Shown piece after piece: positions 27,864-39,557 of a stretch of DNA of 64,000 bases. Location: assembly GCA_031546705.1 (NCBI GenBank), contig JAVBJX010000026.1, positions 13,604-77,603 on the forward strand, written 5' to 3'. This DNA is from Bacillales bacterium (GTDB lineage: Bacteria; Bacillota; Bacilli; Bacillales; JAVBJX01). The notes beneath the pieces were generated by a model. The model was not told the origin of the DNA. It made no database searches and saw only the letters and a program-made list of their open reading frames with translations. Within the stretch, counting starts at the first letter, position 1. Every line of letters begins with the position of its first letter. The position numbers and the translations under genes are program-made.

Positions 27864-27879
27864 TGGCACGATTATTGCT
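27864..27879 (+). promoter_or_regulatory. sigma-54 (-24/-12) promoter of the aldehyde dehydrogenase-patA operon
   Basis: TGGCACGATTATTGCT with exact GG-N10-GC spacing, 46 nt upstream of ATG 27925. Confidence 0.82.
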
Positions 27880-27924
27880 TGTATATACAGATGAGATTTA
27901 TAAAAAATAGAAGGAGGAAGAACA

Positions 27925-29394
27925 ATGAATTTTAAAATGTACATTGATGGTCAGTGGGTAGATGCTAAAAGTGGTAAAACAAAAGATATTTTGAACCCTG
28001 CAAATGGAGAAGTTCTTGCAACAGTAGCTAAGGGTGATGTAGAAGATGCTAGGTTAGCAATTAAAGCAGCAAGAGAAGCATTTGATTCAGGATGTTGGTC
28101 TGATTTAACAACAGCAGAACGTGCGGCGTATTTATTTAAAATTGCGGATAAGCTAGATGAAAAAGCGGCAGAGTTAGCAGAATTAGAAACATTGGATAAT
28201 GGAAAGCCACTTCGTGAATCAGAATATGATCTTGCCGATGCAGCTGCTTGTTTTCGTTATTACGCAGGAATTGTGACAAAGCCAGACGGTCAGACGTATC
28301 ATGTGGGTATGCCAATGCAAGCGATGGTTGTTCGTGAGCCAGTTGGTGTGTGTGGCTTAATTGTTCCTTGGAACTATCCACTACTAATGGGTATATGGAA
28401 AATTGCTCCAGCACTTGCGGCAGGGAATACAATTGTTTTCAAACCAGCAGAAATAACACCTGTTTCATCAATTAAATTGTTTGAAATTATGGAAGAAGTA
28501 GGAATTCCTGCAGGAGTTGTGAATTTAGTTTTAGGAGCAGGATCAAAGGTTGGAAATGAAATTGCAGAAAGTCATGATGTTGATAAAGTGTCCTTTACAG
28601 GTGGAACGGAAACAGGTCGCACGATTATGAAAGCGGCTACAGGAAATGTGAAGAACATTTCGTTAGAGCTAGGCGGAAAATCTCCGAATGTTGTATTCGC
28701 TGATGCAGACTTTGAAACAGCAGTTGACTATGCGTTATTTGCGATTTTCTGTAACCAAGGACAAGTATGTTCTGCAGGTTCTCGTCTACTTTTAGAAGAA
28801 AGCATTTACGATAAATTTATTGAGAGATTAGTAGAAAGAGCAAAACAAATTCGTGTAGGTCCTGGTATGCAAGAAAATGTGGAGATGGGTCCATTAGTAA
28901 GTGAATCCCATATGAAAACAGTACTTGACTACATTGAAATTGGTAAACAAGAAGGAGCAAAACTTGTTTGCGGAGGAAATCGTATCACAAATGACGGCAT
29001 GGACAAAGGCTACTTTGTGGAGCCAACTATTTTTGTTGATACAACACCAAAAATGAGAATTGTTCAAGAAGAAATTTTCGGTCCAGTGCTTGTCGTACAA
29101 AAATTCCGAGATGAGGAAGAAGCTATTAAGTTAGCAAATGACTCTGCATATGGATTAGCAGCAGCTGTATGGACAATTGATGGAGCAAAAGGGCTTCGAG
29201 TAATCAAAAAACTTCGTGCAGGTATTACATGGGTTAATAGCTATCACTTTACGTTCAATGAAGCTCCATGGGGTGGATACAAACAAAGTGGTATTGGTCG
29301 GGGACTTGGCACATTTGGATTTGATGAATTTACAGAAGTTAAACAAATCAATATTAGTACACAAGTAGAACCAGTTGGATGGTTTGAAAATTAA
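27925..29394 (+). CDS. aminoaldehyde (gamma-aminobutyraldehyde/betaine-aldehyde type) dehydrogenase
   Basis: Strong colinearity with B. subtilis GbsA from memory (REPVGVCG.I.PWNYPLL, WKIAPALAAGNTIV.KP.EITP, ELGGK.PN, GQVCSAGSRLL, APWGGYKQSG). The operon partner is a putrescine aminotransferase. Confidence 0.88.
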   Translation: MNFKMYIDGQWVDAKSGKTKDILNPANGEVLATVAKGDVEDARLAIKAAREAFDSGCWSDLTTAERAAYLFKIADKLDEKAAELAELETLDNGKPLRESEYDLADAAACFRYYAGIVTKPDGQTYHVGMPMQAMVVREPVGVCGLIVPWNYPLLMGIWKIAPALAAGNTIVFKPAEITPVSSIKLFEIMEEVGIPAGVVNLVLGAGSKVGNEIAESHDVDKVSFTGGTETGRTIMKAATGNVKNISLELGGKSPNVVFADADFETAVDYALFAIFCNQGQVCSAGSRLLLEESIYDKFIERLVERAKQIRVGPGMQENVEMGPLVSESHMKTVLDYIEIGKQEGAKLVCGGNRITNDGMDKGYFVEPTIFVDTTPKMRIVQEEIFGPVLVVQKFRDEEEAIKLANDSAYGLAAAVWTIDGAKGLRVIKKLRAGITWVNSYHFTFNEAPWGGYKQSGIGRGLGTFGFDEFTEVKQINISTQVEPVGWFEN

Positions 29395-30789
<1,395 letters not shown>

Positions 30790-30834
30790 TAAAAAAGGAA
30801 AATGGGAAAACGTTCCATTTGAATAGTTTTAGCG

Positions 30835-30946
30835 AATAGAAAGGTTTACTAAAACATTGATTCTATAGTATTTTGGCAACCATTCATTATATGAGTTTGG
30901 GACAATCTGGGTGTTTTTTTCACCGACTGTTCCAAACTCTTTTTTT
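30835..30946 (+). repeat. dispersed repeat copy 2; its second hairpin doubles as the patA terminator
   Basis: TTTACTAAAACATTGATTCTATAGTATTTTGGCAACCATTCATT, then GAGTTTGGGACA...TGTTCCAAACTC (30893-30939) with an inner GGGTG/CACC hairpin, followed by T7. Confidence 0.7.
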
Positions 30947-31097
30947 ATTGAATTATATTTTACTATTTTTTCTTCTCAATTAGGTATTTTATGCAGTATA
31001 ATAAATTCATAAAATGTAGGAGAGAGGGATTATACTGTCAGCAAATTGGTTTATCAAAAAAGCATATACCGTTACACTTGAATCTTCTGTTAGTGAT

Positions 31098-33140
31098 GTG
31101 TGGGCAATTATGTCACAATACAATGAACCATACGTTTTTATTTTGGATTCAAAAAAGTCTTGTGAAATTATTGCTTTTATCCGAAATACGGATATTATGC
31201 CTTCTCTAAATCGTGCTGAGTGGATGAATAAAAAAGTTAGTTCGCTTCCTTTCCATACAAATGTTATGTTTATTCAACAAGCGGCAGGAATGTTAGATTT
31301 CTTTAAGGTTTTCGGTGAAGAAGTAGTTGTGATTCGTGATAAGGAAGGAAAGTGTACAGGATATTTGCATCGTGAAGATATTTTGTATTATTTATTGACT
31401 CACCAATCAACTGCTTCTAATTGGATGCGTTCTCTCTTAAATTCTATTCCAATGGGAATTATCATTACAGATGTTCATGGGAGAATTGAGAATTTTAGTT
31501 CTGAAGCTTTAAGGATGATCCGAACAACACCAGATAAACTCAGGGAGCACCCTATTGGAGAGTTATTAGATGAATCTATTTTTACAAAAGTCATTGAGCA
31601 TGGGGAAGTTATTACAAACCATGTCATTATGAATGAGCGAATAGGAGTTTTATCCGATTTTGGACCAATTCGTAATAAAAATGGCAATGTTACAGGGGTG
31701 ATTATTGTTCTGCAAGATTTGCCATACATGGAGAATATGGCAGTGGAATTGGAGTATGTCAAAAATTTGAATACAGACTTACAGGCAATTCTTTCCAGTA
31801 TTTATGATGAAATAATAGTAGTGAATGAACAAGGTGTACTCCTTCGATATAGCGGAAATCTCATTAAAGATTTTTGGGAAATTGATAAAGAACAATTAAT
31901 TGGAATTAATTTAATGGAGCTTGAGCATGAAGGGACTTTTTTTTCGGCGATTGTAAAGAAAGTATTGGAGCAAGGAAAGAAGGTATCCGTCACACAAGAA
32001 AGCCGGTCTTTAAGAAATGTACTAGCAGTAGGAAATCCTGTGTTTGATGAGACTGGAAAGCTCGAGAGGATTGTTATTGCTCTACGGGATATTACAGAAA
32101 CAGTTATGTTAAAAGAGGAGTTAAAGACGGTAAAACAATTATCAGAGAGATATAAAAAAGAATTAGAATATCTTCGGGATAAAAAATATGATAGTAATCG
32201 CAAACTAGTATATGGTAGTGAAAAAATAGAACAGGTAATGAAATATATTTATAAGGTAGCAAAAGTTGGTTCTACTGTCTTACTTACTGGTGAATCAGGT
32301 GTAGGAAAAGAAGTATTTGCTCGAACTATTTCTGAAATTGGCTCAAGAAGTGATAAACCATTTATTAAAGTAAATTGTGGGGCAATTCCTGAAACGCTTT
32401 TGGAAAGTGAATTATTTGGTTATGTGAAGGGTGCATTTACAGGTGCGAATCCAAGTGGAAAACAAGGGTATTTTCAAATGGCGAACAATGGAATTCTTTT
32501 TTTAGATGAGATTTCAGAAATTCCACTTAACTTACAAGCTACTCTACTTCGGGTGTTGCAAGAGAGGGAACTTACACCAATTGGTGGTGCTACTATTGTT
32601 AAAGTAGATGTGCAAATTATAGCAGCAACAAATAGAAACTTAGAAAAAATGGTAGAAGAAGGTAGTTTTAGAGAAGATTTGTATTATCGCCTAAATGTTA
32701 TCCCAATTCATGTCCCTTCTTTAAGGGAACGTCCAGAAGATATTCCGCTACTAAGTCTACATTTTCTACAAACATTTAATGAAAAATATGAACGAAACAA
32801 ACAAATTTCTCAAGATGCTTTAGATGTGTTAGAATCATATTCTTGGCCTGGAAATATACGGGAATTACAAAATATGATGGAACGATTAATTGTAACAACC
32901 GATGAAGATTTAATTGATGCCACAGAGATAACTCCACTACTAAAAAAAAGAAAACAACATATAAAACAAAAATTAATGCCACTAAAAGAGGCAACAAAAT
33001 TATTTGAAGAGCAGATGATTAAGCAAGCCATGGATGAATATAAAACGACCTCCGCAGCTGCGAAAGTGTTAGGAGTCAGTCAATCTACTATTAGTAGGAA
33101 GTATCAAGAAATAAAAGAGCACATGGGACGAGAATATTAG
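31098..33140 (+). CDS. sigma-54-dependent transcriptional activator (CBS pair + 2 PAS + AAA+ + HTH)
   Basis: Walker A GESGVGKE, ESELFGYVKGAFTGA, LFLDEISE, and HTH TSAAAKVLGVSQSTISRKY. The true start is probably upstream (31029-31035); see findings. Confidence 0.9.
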   Translation: MWAIMSQYNEPYVFILDSKKSCEIIAFIRNTDIMPSLNRAEWMNKKVSSLPFHTNVMFIQQAAGMLDFFKVFGEEVVVIRDKEGKCTGYLHREDILYYLLTHQSTASNWMRSLLNSIPMGIIITDVHGRIENFSSEALRMIRTTPDKLREHPIGELLDESIFTKVIEHGEVITNHVIMNERIGVLSDFGPIRNKNGNVTGVIIVLQDLPYMENMAVELEYVKNLNTDLQAILSSIYDEIIVVNEQGVLLRYSGNLIKDFWEIDKEQLIGINLMELEHEGTFFSAIVKKVLEQGKKVSVTQESRSLRNVLAVGNPVFDETGKLERIVIALRDITETVMLKEELKTVKQLSERYKKELEYLRDKKYDSNRKLVYGSEKIEQVMKYIYKVAKVGSTVLLTGESGVGKEVFARTISEIGSRSDKPFIKVNCGAIPETLLESELFGYVKGAFTGANPSGKQGYFQMANNGILFLDEISEIPLNLQATLLRVLQERELTPIGGATIVKVDVQIIAATNRNLEKMVEEGSFREDLYYRLNVIPIHVPSLRERPEDIPLLSLHFLQTFNEKYERNKQISQDALDVLESYSWPGNIRELQNMMERLIVTTDEDLIDATEITPLLKKRKQHIKQKLMPLKEATKLFEEQMIKQAMDEYKTTSAAAKVLGVSQSTISRKYQEIKEHMGREY

Positions 33141-33199
33141 AAGTTAATTCTGAAAATTATTTACCTGTGTTTTTAATAAAAATATTGGAGGAATGATAC

Positions 33200-34582
33200 A
33201 TGAACAAACCGGCTACTTTAAAAAGGTCGCTAGGACTTTGGGCAATTGTTTTATTAGGTGTGGGTTATATGACACCAGCTGTTGTATTTGATACGTTTGG
33301 AAGTGCTTCAGTAGACTCAGGCGGTCACGTACCAATGGCTTATATATTTGCCTTAGTTGCGATGCTTTTTACAGCAATTAGCTATGGAAAACTTGTAAAT
33401 TTATACCCAAGTGCGGGGTCTGCGTACACATATACGCAGAAATCAATTAGCCCTCATGTTGGATTTATGGTTGGGTGGGCGTCATTACTAGATTATTTAT
33501 TTTTACCGATGATTAATGCATTACTCATGAAACTTTATTTATATGCTCTCTTTCCAGAAGTGCCAATGTGGATATGGGTAACTATTTATATTGCTTTTGT
33601 TGTTGCACTTAATATTTATAGTACGGGTACGATGGCTGGTTTTAATACAATTCTAGTTGTATATCAGTCTGTTATTCTTCTTGTTTTCAGTGCATTAGCA
33701 ATAAAACTTCTTTTTGCAGGGATGGGTTATGCAGAATTTACAATTAAACCTTTCTATGAGTCTGGAATGAATATAGGTGGTTTAGTTACTGCAGCTACCA
33801 CTCTATGTTTCTCTTACGTTGGTTTTGATGCTGTTTCCATGTACTCAGAAGAAACGAAGAATCCAGCAAAAACGATTCCAAAAGCTATTTTCCTAACTGC
33901 ATTAGTTGGGGGAATTATGTTTATTACAGCGTCTTACTTTGCTCAATTGATTTTCCCAGATGCTGCAAAATCTTTTACAGAGGCAGCACTTGCTGATTCG
34001 ACTGCTCCAGAGATGGGGTTTTTAACTGGTGGAGAAATATTTAAAACAGTTTTACTTGTAGGCTCTATAGCAGGTGTTACATCTTCCAGCTTGTCTTCTC
34101 ATGCGAGTGTTTCTAGACTTTTGTATGTTATGGGACGGGATCATGTTATACCTAATAGAATTTTCGGATACATCCATCCAAAATATAGAACACCATCTAC
34201 GAATGTTATTCTTGTTGGTATATTTAGTTTTACTTGTTTATTTATAAGCTTTGAAACAGCACTTCACTTCGTTAACTTTGGAGCATTAACCGCATTTACT
34301 TTTGTTAATGTGTCTGTTATTGCCGAATTTGTATTTAAAAGAAAACAGTATAAGACGTTAAAAGATATTTTTACTTATATTGTGTTGCCTTTACTTGGAG
34401 CAGGTTTTGTAGGTGTACTTTGGTACAATCTTGACATCACTGCGTTAAAACTAGGACTTAGTTGGTCAGTTATTGGTTTCATTTATTTAATGTATTTGAC
34501 AAAAATGTTTAAAGTTCCTCCAGTTGTTATTCACTTTGAAGAGGCAGATCAGGAAGAAGTTAATCAAAATATAGAGCATTAA
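33200..34582 (+). CDS. APC-family permease, PlaP/PuuP-like putrescine importer (copy B')
   Basis: Paralogue of 23296-24675 (~80% aa identity by eye) with the same FDTFG...GHVP..AY...LFTAISYGKLV signature. Confidence 0.82.
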   Translation: MNKPATLKRSLGLWAIVLLGVGYMTPAVVFDTFGSASVDSGGHVPMAYIFALVAMLFTAISYGKLVNLYPSAGSAYTYTQKSISPHVGFMVGWASLLDYLFLPMINALLMKLYLYALFPEVPMWIWVTIYIAFVVALNIYSTGTMAGFNTILVVYQSVILLVFSALAIKLLFAGMGYAEFTIKPFYESGMNIGGLVTAATTLCFSYVGFDAVSMYSEETKNPAKTIPKAIFLTALVGGIMFITASYFAQLIFPDAAKSFTEAALADSTAPEMGFLTGGEIFKTVLLVGSIAGVTSSSLSSHASVSRLLYVMGRDHVIPNRIFGYIHPKYRTPSTNVILVGIFSFTCLFISFETALHFVNFGALTAFTFVNVSVIAEFVFKRKQYKTLKDIFTYIVLPLLGAGFVGVLWYNLDITALKLGLSWSVIGFIYLMYLTKMFKVPPVVIHFEEADQEEVNQNIEH

Positions 34583-34590
34583 GAAATAAA

Positions 34591-34636
34591 AGAGGGAGAT
34601 GGACAGTTACAATTTTGTAATCATCCGTCTCCCTCT
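34591..34636 (+). terminator. intrinsic terminator after permease B'
   Basis: AGAGGGAGATGGA...TCCGTCTCCCTCT 13-bp stem with one mismatch. Confidence 0.65.
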
Positions 34637-34755
34637 ATTTAACGCTTTTCCGAAAGAAGTCTCCATCTTAAAGCTTGTGAAGTGCTAAAAGCCCAACGGT
34701 AAGATGAAGATGAATTTCAGTTGGCAAAGACAAAAAGGTTTTGGTTTTTATTTGG

Positions 34756-36462
34756 TTAAACTTTAAAAATATGGATTTTATTTTGTAATTCTTCTGCCAT
34801 ATCTGCTAGAGATGCAGAAGATGCTGAAATTTCTTCTATGACGGCAAGTTGCTCTTCTGTTGCTGCAGAAACGCTTTGAGTATTTCCTGAGTTAGATTGA
34901 GCAACATTTTTTACGCTTTCTAATGTATGGTACATTGTTTGAGAATTTTTTGACATTTGTCCAAAAGCGTTAGTAACTTCTTTGATTTGTACAACAATCT
35001 CTCCTACAGCTTGTTGAATTTGTTTGAATGATGATCCTGCATCATTTACTTTTCCACTACCACTACTTACTTCTTCAGTTGCAAACTGCATAGATTTTAC
35101 AGCTTTTTCTGTTTCAGATTGAATACTAGAAATGAGCGTAGAAATTTGAGAAGCAGAAGCTCCAGATTGTTCAGCAAGTTTTCGAACTTCATCAGCAACA
35201 ACAGCAAATCCTTTTCCTTGTTCACCTGCCCGAGCCGCTTCAATAGCAGCATTTAAAGCGAGTAAGTTCGTTTGAGCAGCAATCCCGGTGATAACTTGAA
35301 CAATTTCTCCAATTTCTCCAGAACGTTGCTCAAGACCAGAGATAACTACACTAAGTTCTTGAATGGCATTGTTAATTGTTTCCATTTGGGAAATAACCAT
35401 TTCAATTGCTTTATTTCCATCTAATGATTTTTCAGCGGCTTGTGAAGATGTTTTGGAAACGATATTTGCACTTGTAGAGATTTTTTCTACGCTATCATCC
35501 ATCTTTTCTAATGTTGTGGTTGTGTCGATTAATTGTTGAACTTGGTTATCTGTTCCTACAGCAACATCTTGCATAGAAGATGCAATGTACTCTGTTGCAT
35601 TAGAAGTTTGTGAGGCACTAGCATTCAATGTTTCAGAAAACGTAGCAACTTTATCAGAAGTTCTGCTAATTTGTGAAATTAATTCTCTAAGTTTTGCTGT
35701 CATATGATTATACGATTTTGTCAATATACCAATTTCATCTTTTGATTGATAAGAAAGTGTTTTTGTAAAATCTCCTTCTTCGGCTAGTTCCATAGCAACT
35801 TGTATTCTGGCGAGTGGAATCGTTATTAAACGAGTAATATATATTCCTAGTATAACAGCGACAATTAGAGAGATTGCACCAATGATTGATAGTGTCCACA
35901 CCGCTACATCCGCATCTTTTGCACTCTCTGTATTATCTTCGGCGGCAAGTTGTTTATTAAGATCTTGCATTTTATTGGAGATTGGTGAAAATTTATTGCG
36001 AAATTCGATGAGTTCATTTTTGTATTGAATGAGTGCAGTTCCGCTTAGGGAAGACGTTGTTACTAACTGGATGTCTTTGTCCACGGCTTGTTGATAACTA
36101 GGATAAAGTGCTACGGCCTCTTGAAGAGCACTTTTTTCTTCTGCTGTTAAGTCAAATGCTTGTAATTGTGTTAAATGTTCCCCTGCATCTTTTGAGCGTG
36201 TTTTTGCTACCTCGATATGTTCATTTTGTACTTTTGCATCTGGTTCAATTGCCGCTGCAAGTAACATTTCTTCTACTGTGCGTGTAGCTGAGCGAAAATC
36301 GCCAACTATTAGACCAGGAACTAAATGATGATCATATAAATTTGTCACAACTTTTTTTGTTTGAATAGAGTTTACGACACCAACTGTTAAGACAATGGAA
36401 AGCAGAGCAAACATAGCAATGATTAGTACAGCAAGTTTTTTACCTACTCTTAAGTTTTTCAT
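34756..36462 (-). CDS. methyl-accepting chemotaxis protein
   Basis: TM1, ~170-aa helical sensor, TM2, HAMP, and the invariant signalling hairpin [39 protein letters not shown]. Confidence 0.92.
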   Translation of the reverse strand: MKNLRVGKKLAVLIIAMFALLSIVLTVGVVNSIQTKKVVTNLYDHHLVPGLIVGDFRSATRTVEEMLLAAAIEPDAKVQNEHIEVAKTRSKDAGEHLTQLQAFDLTAEEKSALQEAVALYPSYQQAVDKDIQLVTTSSLSGTALIQYKNELIEFRNKFSPISNKMQDLNKQLAAEDNTESAKDADVAVWTLSIIGAISLIVAVILGIYITRLITIPLARIQVAMELAEEGDFTKTLSYQSKDEIGILTKSYNHMTAKLRELISQISRTSDKVATFSETLNASASQTSNATEYIASSMQDVAVGTDNQVQQLIDTTTTLEKMDDSVEKISTSANIVSKTSSQAAEKSLDGNKAIEMVISQMETINNAIQELSVVISGLEQRSGEIGEIVQVITGIAAQTNLLALNAAIEAARAGEQGKGFAVVADEVRKLAEQSGASASQISTLISSIQSETEKAVKSMQFATEEVSSGSGKVNDAGSSFKQIQQAVGEIVVQIKEVTNAFGQMSKNSQTMYHTLESVKNVAQSNSGNTQSVSAATEEQLAVIEEISASSASLADMAEELQNKIHIFKV

Positions 36463-36556
36463 GATTTTTTCTACGTTAGTTATATTGCTGTTTTCGTTTT
36501 ATGAAGATAATCAAAGTGGAGTGATTTCCCCTGTTTTTAATCACCTTACTTTCTTT

Positions 36557-37380
36557 TTATATTTCAAATACCTGAATTTTGGCATATAATTTATCAGCCA
36601 TTTGTGACAATGATTCCGAAGCTGTGAAAATTTCACGCATTGCTGTTAGTTGTTCTTTTGTGACTGATGATACGTTTTGAGAATTACCAGCGGCGTTTTC
36701 AGCGACAACTTTTACATTTTCTACAAAACGGAACATTGCTTTAGAATCTGTAGACATATGCTCCACGGCTGTTGTTACTTCTTTAATTTGATAAACACCG
36801 CTGTCAATTGATTGTTGAATTTCTTTGAATGATGTTCCTGCATCTTTTACACTTTTTTCATATACTTGTTCAGCAATTTGTTCATTTGCTGTTCGTAATA
36901 CATTTGTAAGATCAGAAATTTTTTCACGATAGTCAATGATTTCATTTTTGTATTGAATGGTTTGTTGTTCCGTTGCAAAGTGTTTTGCAATATGGCTTTG
37001 CATTACTTGCTTATACTCAGAAAAAAATTAGCTAAAGCTTGGAGCATAGTTTGTTCTGTTTGTGTTAGGGTAGTTGTTTGTAACTTTTGTAAAGCATCCT
37101 CTGTTTGTTGCAAATGTGTTTCTGCTTTTTTTAAGTGTTCGTTTTTTAACTTTTAGTCTTTTTCGATGGCTGGCAGCAAGTAACATTTCTTCTAAAATCC
37201 TTGCATTTCCACGAAAATCTCCTAAAAACAAGCTAGAGCGAAGACGTTCTTCGTATAATTTATTTATAGCTTGTTGTAAGAACTTCGAATTGATAAGCCC
37301 TGCAGCTAATGTTCCGGATAGAAGAAATAACATTGTTACAATTAAAACAGTCATTTTTCTTCCTACCTTTAAATTTTCAT
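36557..37380 (-). pseudogene. decayed paralogue of the adjacent chemoreceptor (frameshifts, nonsense codon, ~0.86-kb internal deletion)
   Basis: GGAGG plus ATG 37380 runs into TAA after 3 codons because of an A4-run frameshift. The N-terminus NLKVGRKMTVLIVTMLF...EEMLLAA then needs a +1 shift. There is an in-frame TAA at 37153-37155, where the paralogue has PDAKV, and another shift near 37020-37030. The last ORF joins the sensor end (IQYKNEIIDYREK...SVKDA) directly to the C-terminal tail (GTSFKEIQQ...), so TM2, HAMP and the signalling hairpin are missing. Confidence 0.8.
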
Positions 37381-37548
37381 AGCAATCCTCCCTGAAATTA
37401 AATTTCTTTTTTAAGTCTGCAATTATAAATGAGAACATTTTTATGAAAAAACCGTGTTTATACATTTGCTTATTTATATAGTATACATGAATGTTTATCA
37501 ATCATTATTAAGGACATGTAACGTTATTGTGAATATATAATAAAAAAA

Positions 37549-37576
37549 TTGAAACTCTAGTGAAATTTCATATAAT
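37549..37576 (+). promoter_or_regulatory. near-consensus sigma-A promoter upstream of the DUF262/DUF1524 gene
   Basis: TTGAAA (37549-37554), 16-nt spacer, TATAAT (37571-37576). It lies ~315 nt upstream of ATG 37891. Confidence 0.45.
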
Positions 37577-37890
37577 TTCAAGAAATATCCGTTTATCAAG
37601 AGGAATTATTCTGTGGAAGATGTTTTGAGCAGTAGACTACATATAAATAAAAGAACAGGGCAAGCATCTAGGAACGTTCATACGTTCACCATCAAGAAAA
37701 AAACGAGAAGTTTTTGTATAAGAGGTATTTCTTGTCTCTTTTATTCTAGCCACATGAAGAAAATCTACTTTGCAGCTGGATTATTTGATTGAATGGAAAA
37801 AATAGAGTAGTTTTACTGTACAATATAGTAATGATAACTAAGTTGTAATTAATAATATTTATTATTTTAATATCTAAGAAAGGAATCGAA

Positions 37891-39546
37891 ATGAAAGCAT
37901 CTGAAACAAATTTTCTTAAATTTCTTCAAGGAACAAAGCAGTTTATTATCCCTATATATCAGCGAACGTATAGCTGGACAATAGAGCAGTGTCAAAATTT
38001 TTGGGATGATATTGTGAGAACGGCAGACCAAAAAATAAAAGGGCATTTTATGGGATCGATTGTTTATATTGAAAGAGGACTATATCAAATTTCTACTGTT
38101 CCTCAATTACTCGTTATTGATGGACAACAACGGATGACTACACTGACATTGTTTCTTCTAGCATTAGGAAAAGTGATTGAAAAACGTGGGAAGTCTTTTA
38201 TTACAAGGAAGAAGATAATGAACTATTATTTGCTTAATAGTGAAGAAGAAAGCCAACTATACAACAAGTTAGTTTTGACAAAACGTGATAAAGACACATT
38301 ATTTCGCTTAATTTCAGATACACCCTTACCAGCAGATTATTCGCAAAAAATATATGAAAATTATTTATTTTTTTTCAGAGAGATAGAAGAAAGCGAGTTA
38401 GATTTGCAACAGTTGTATGAAGGGATTTCTAAATTAATTATTGTTGATATTTCGCTAGATCGTGATAATGATAATCCACAATTAATTTTTGAAAGTCTAA
38501 ATTCTACAGGTTTGGATTTGTCACAATCTGATTTGGTTAGAAACTTTGTATTAATGCAACTTACACAAAGAGAGCAAGAAACTTTATATAATGATTATTG
38601 GTATCCAATGGAGGGAGAGTTTTTTGACCGATTTATTCGAGATTATTTGACAGTGAAACTGAAACGTATTCCAAACATGCAACAGGTGTATACAAGTTTT
38701 AAAGAGTATGTACATCACAATGAGTTGTCTATTCAAGAAATTATTGCAGATATGTATGACTACTCGAATCGATTTATGAAGTTAGTAGAGAAAACAGAAG
38801 AAGATAGACAGTTAAAGCAAGTGTTAGTAGATATTGATTCCTTAAAAGTCGATGTTTCTTACCCTTTTCTGTTGGAGGTATATGCCGATTATGAAAAAGA
38901 AATGATTTCTAAAAGTGATTTTTTGATTATTTTAAAATGGGTAGAGTCATATATTTTTCGCCGTTCTGTATGTGGTTTACCAGCAAATTCGTTAAATAAA
39001 GTTTTTGCGACACTTCATAAGGAAATGGATAAAACACATTATATGGAGGGTATGCGGGAAATGTTTCTAATGAAACGTTTGCAGACACGATTTCCAACCG
39101 ATTCGGAGTTTGTAAAAAGTTTTAAGGAAAAAGATATGTATCATTCCAAGCATCGGCACTATGTACTACGAAAGTTAGAGAATTTTAATCGGAAAGAACT
39201 TGTTTCGATTAAGGAATATACAATTGAACATATTATGCCACAAAATAAAGAATTATCAGCGGAGTGGAAAGAAGATTTAGGTGAAGATTGGAAGGAAGTT
39301 CATTATGCTTATTTGCATACGATTGGAAATTTGACGTTGACGGGATATAATTCTAAGCTAAGTGATCGCCCATTTAAAGAAAAACGAGATATAGAAGGTG
39401 GATTTGCTGATAGCCCACTAAGATTAAATGAAGGACTTGGGAGATTAGAAAGATGGAATGAAGAAGAGATTACAAAACGTGCCGATATGTTGGCGGAAAA
39501 AGCATTGCTAGTTTGGAATTATCCATATAAGAGACAGAGAGGATAA
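37891..39546 (+). CDS. DUF262/DUF1524 two-domain nuclease (GmrSD-family type IV restriction-like)
   Basis: N-terminal ParB/DUF262 motifs IPIYQRTYSW and DGQQRMTTL. C-terminal His-Me/DUF1524 motifs EHIMPQN ... HTIGNLTLTGYNSKLSD. 551 aa, single gene. Confidence 0.8.
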   Translation: MKASETNFLKFLQGTKQFIIPIYQRTYSWTIEQCQNFWDDIVRTADQKIKGHFMGSIVYIERGLYQISTVPQLLVIDGQQRMTTLTLFLLALGKVIEKRGKSFITRKKIMNYYLLNSEEESQLYNKLVLTKRDKDTLFRLISDTPLPADYSQKIYENYLFFFREIEESELDLQQLYEGISKLIIVDISLDRDNDNPQLIFESLNSTGLDLSQSDLVRNFVLMQLTQREQETLYNDYWYPMEGEFFDRFIRDYLTVKLKRIPNMQQVYTSFKEYVHHNELSIQEIIADMYDYSNRFMKLVEKTEEDRQLKQVLVDIDSLKVDVSYPFLLEVYADYEKEMISKSDFLIILKWVESYIFRRSVCGLPANSLNKVFATLHKEMDKTHYMEGMREMFLMKRLQTRFPTDSEFVKSFKEKDMYHSKHRHYVLRKLENFNRKELVSIKEYTIEHIMPQNKELSAEWKEDLGEDWKEVHYAYLHTIGNLTLTGYNSKLSDRPFKEKRDIEGGFADSPLRLNEGLGRLERWNEEEITKRADMLAEKALLVWNYPYKRQRG

Positions 39547-39557
39547 TCTCTCTATCC

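Noticed and set aside
30870-30890. TTGGCAACCATTCATT inside the dispersed repeat resembles a -24 sigma-54 element
   Set aside because: There is no GC dinucleotide at the -12 position. The motif is simply part of the repeat's 3' stem arm and recurs wherever the repeat does.
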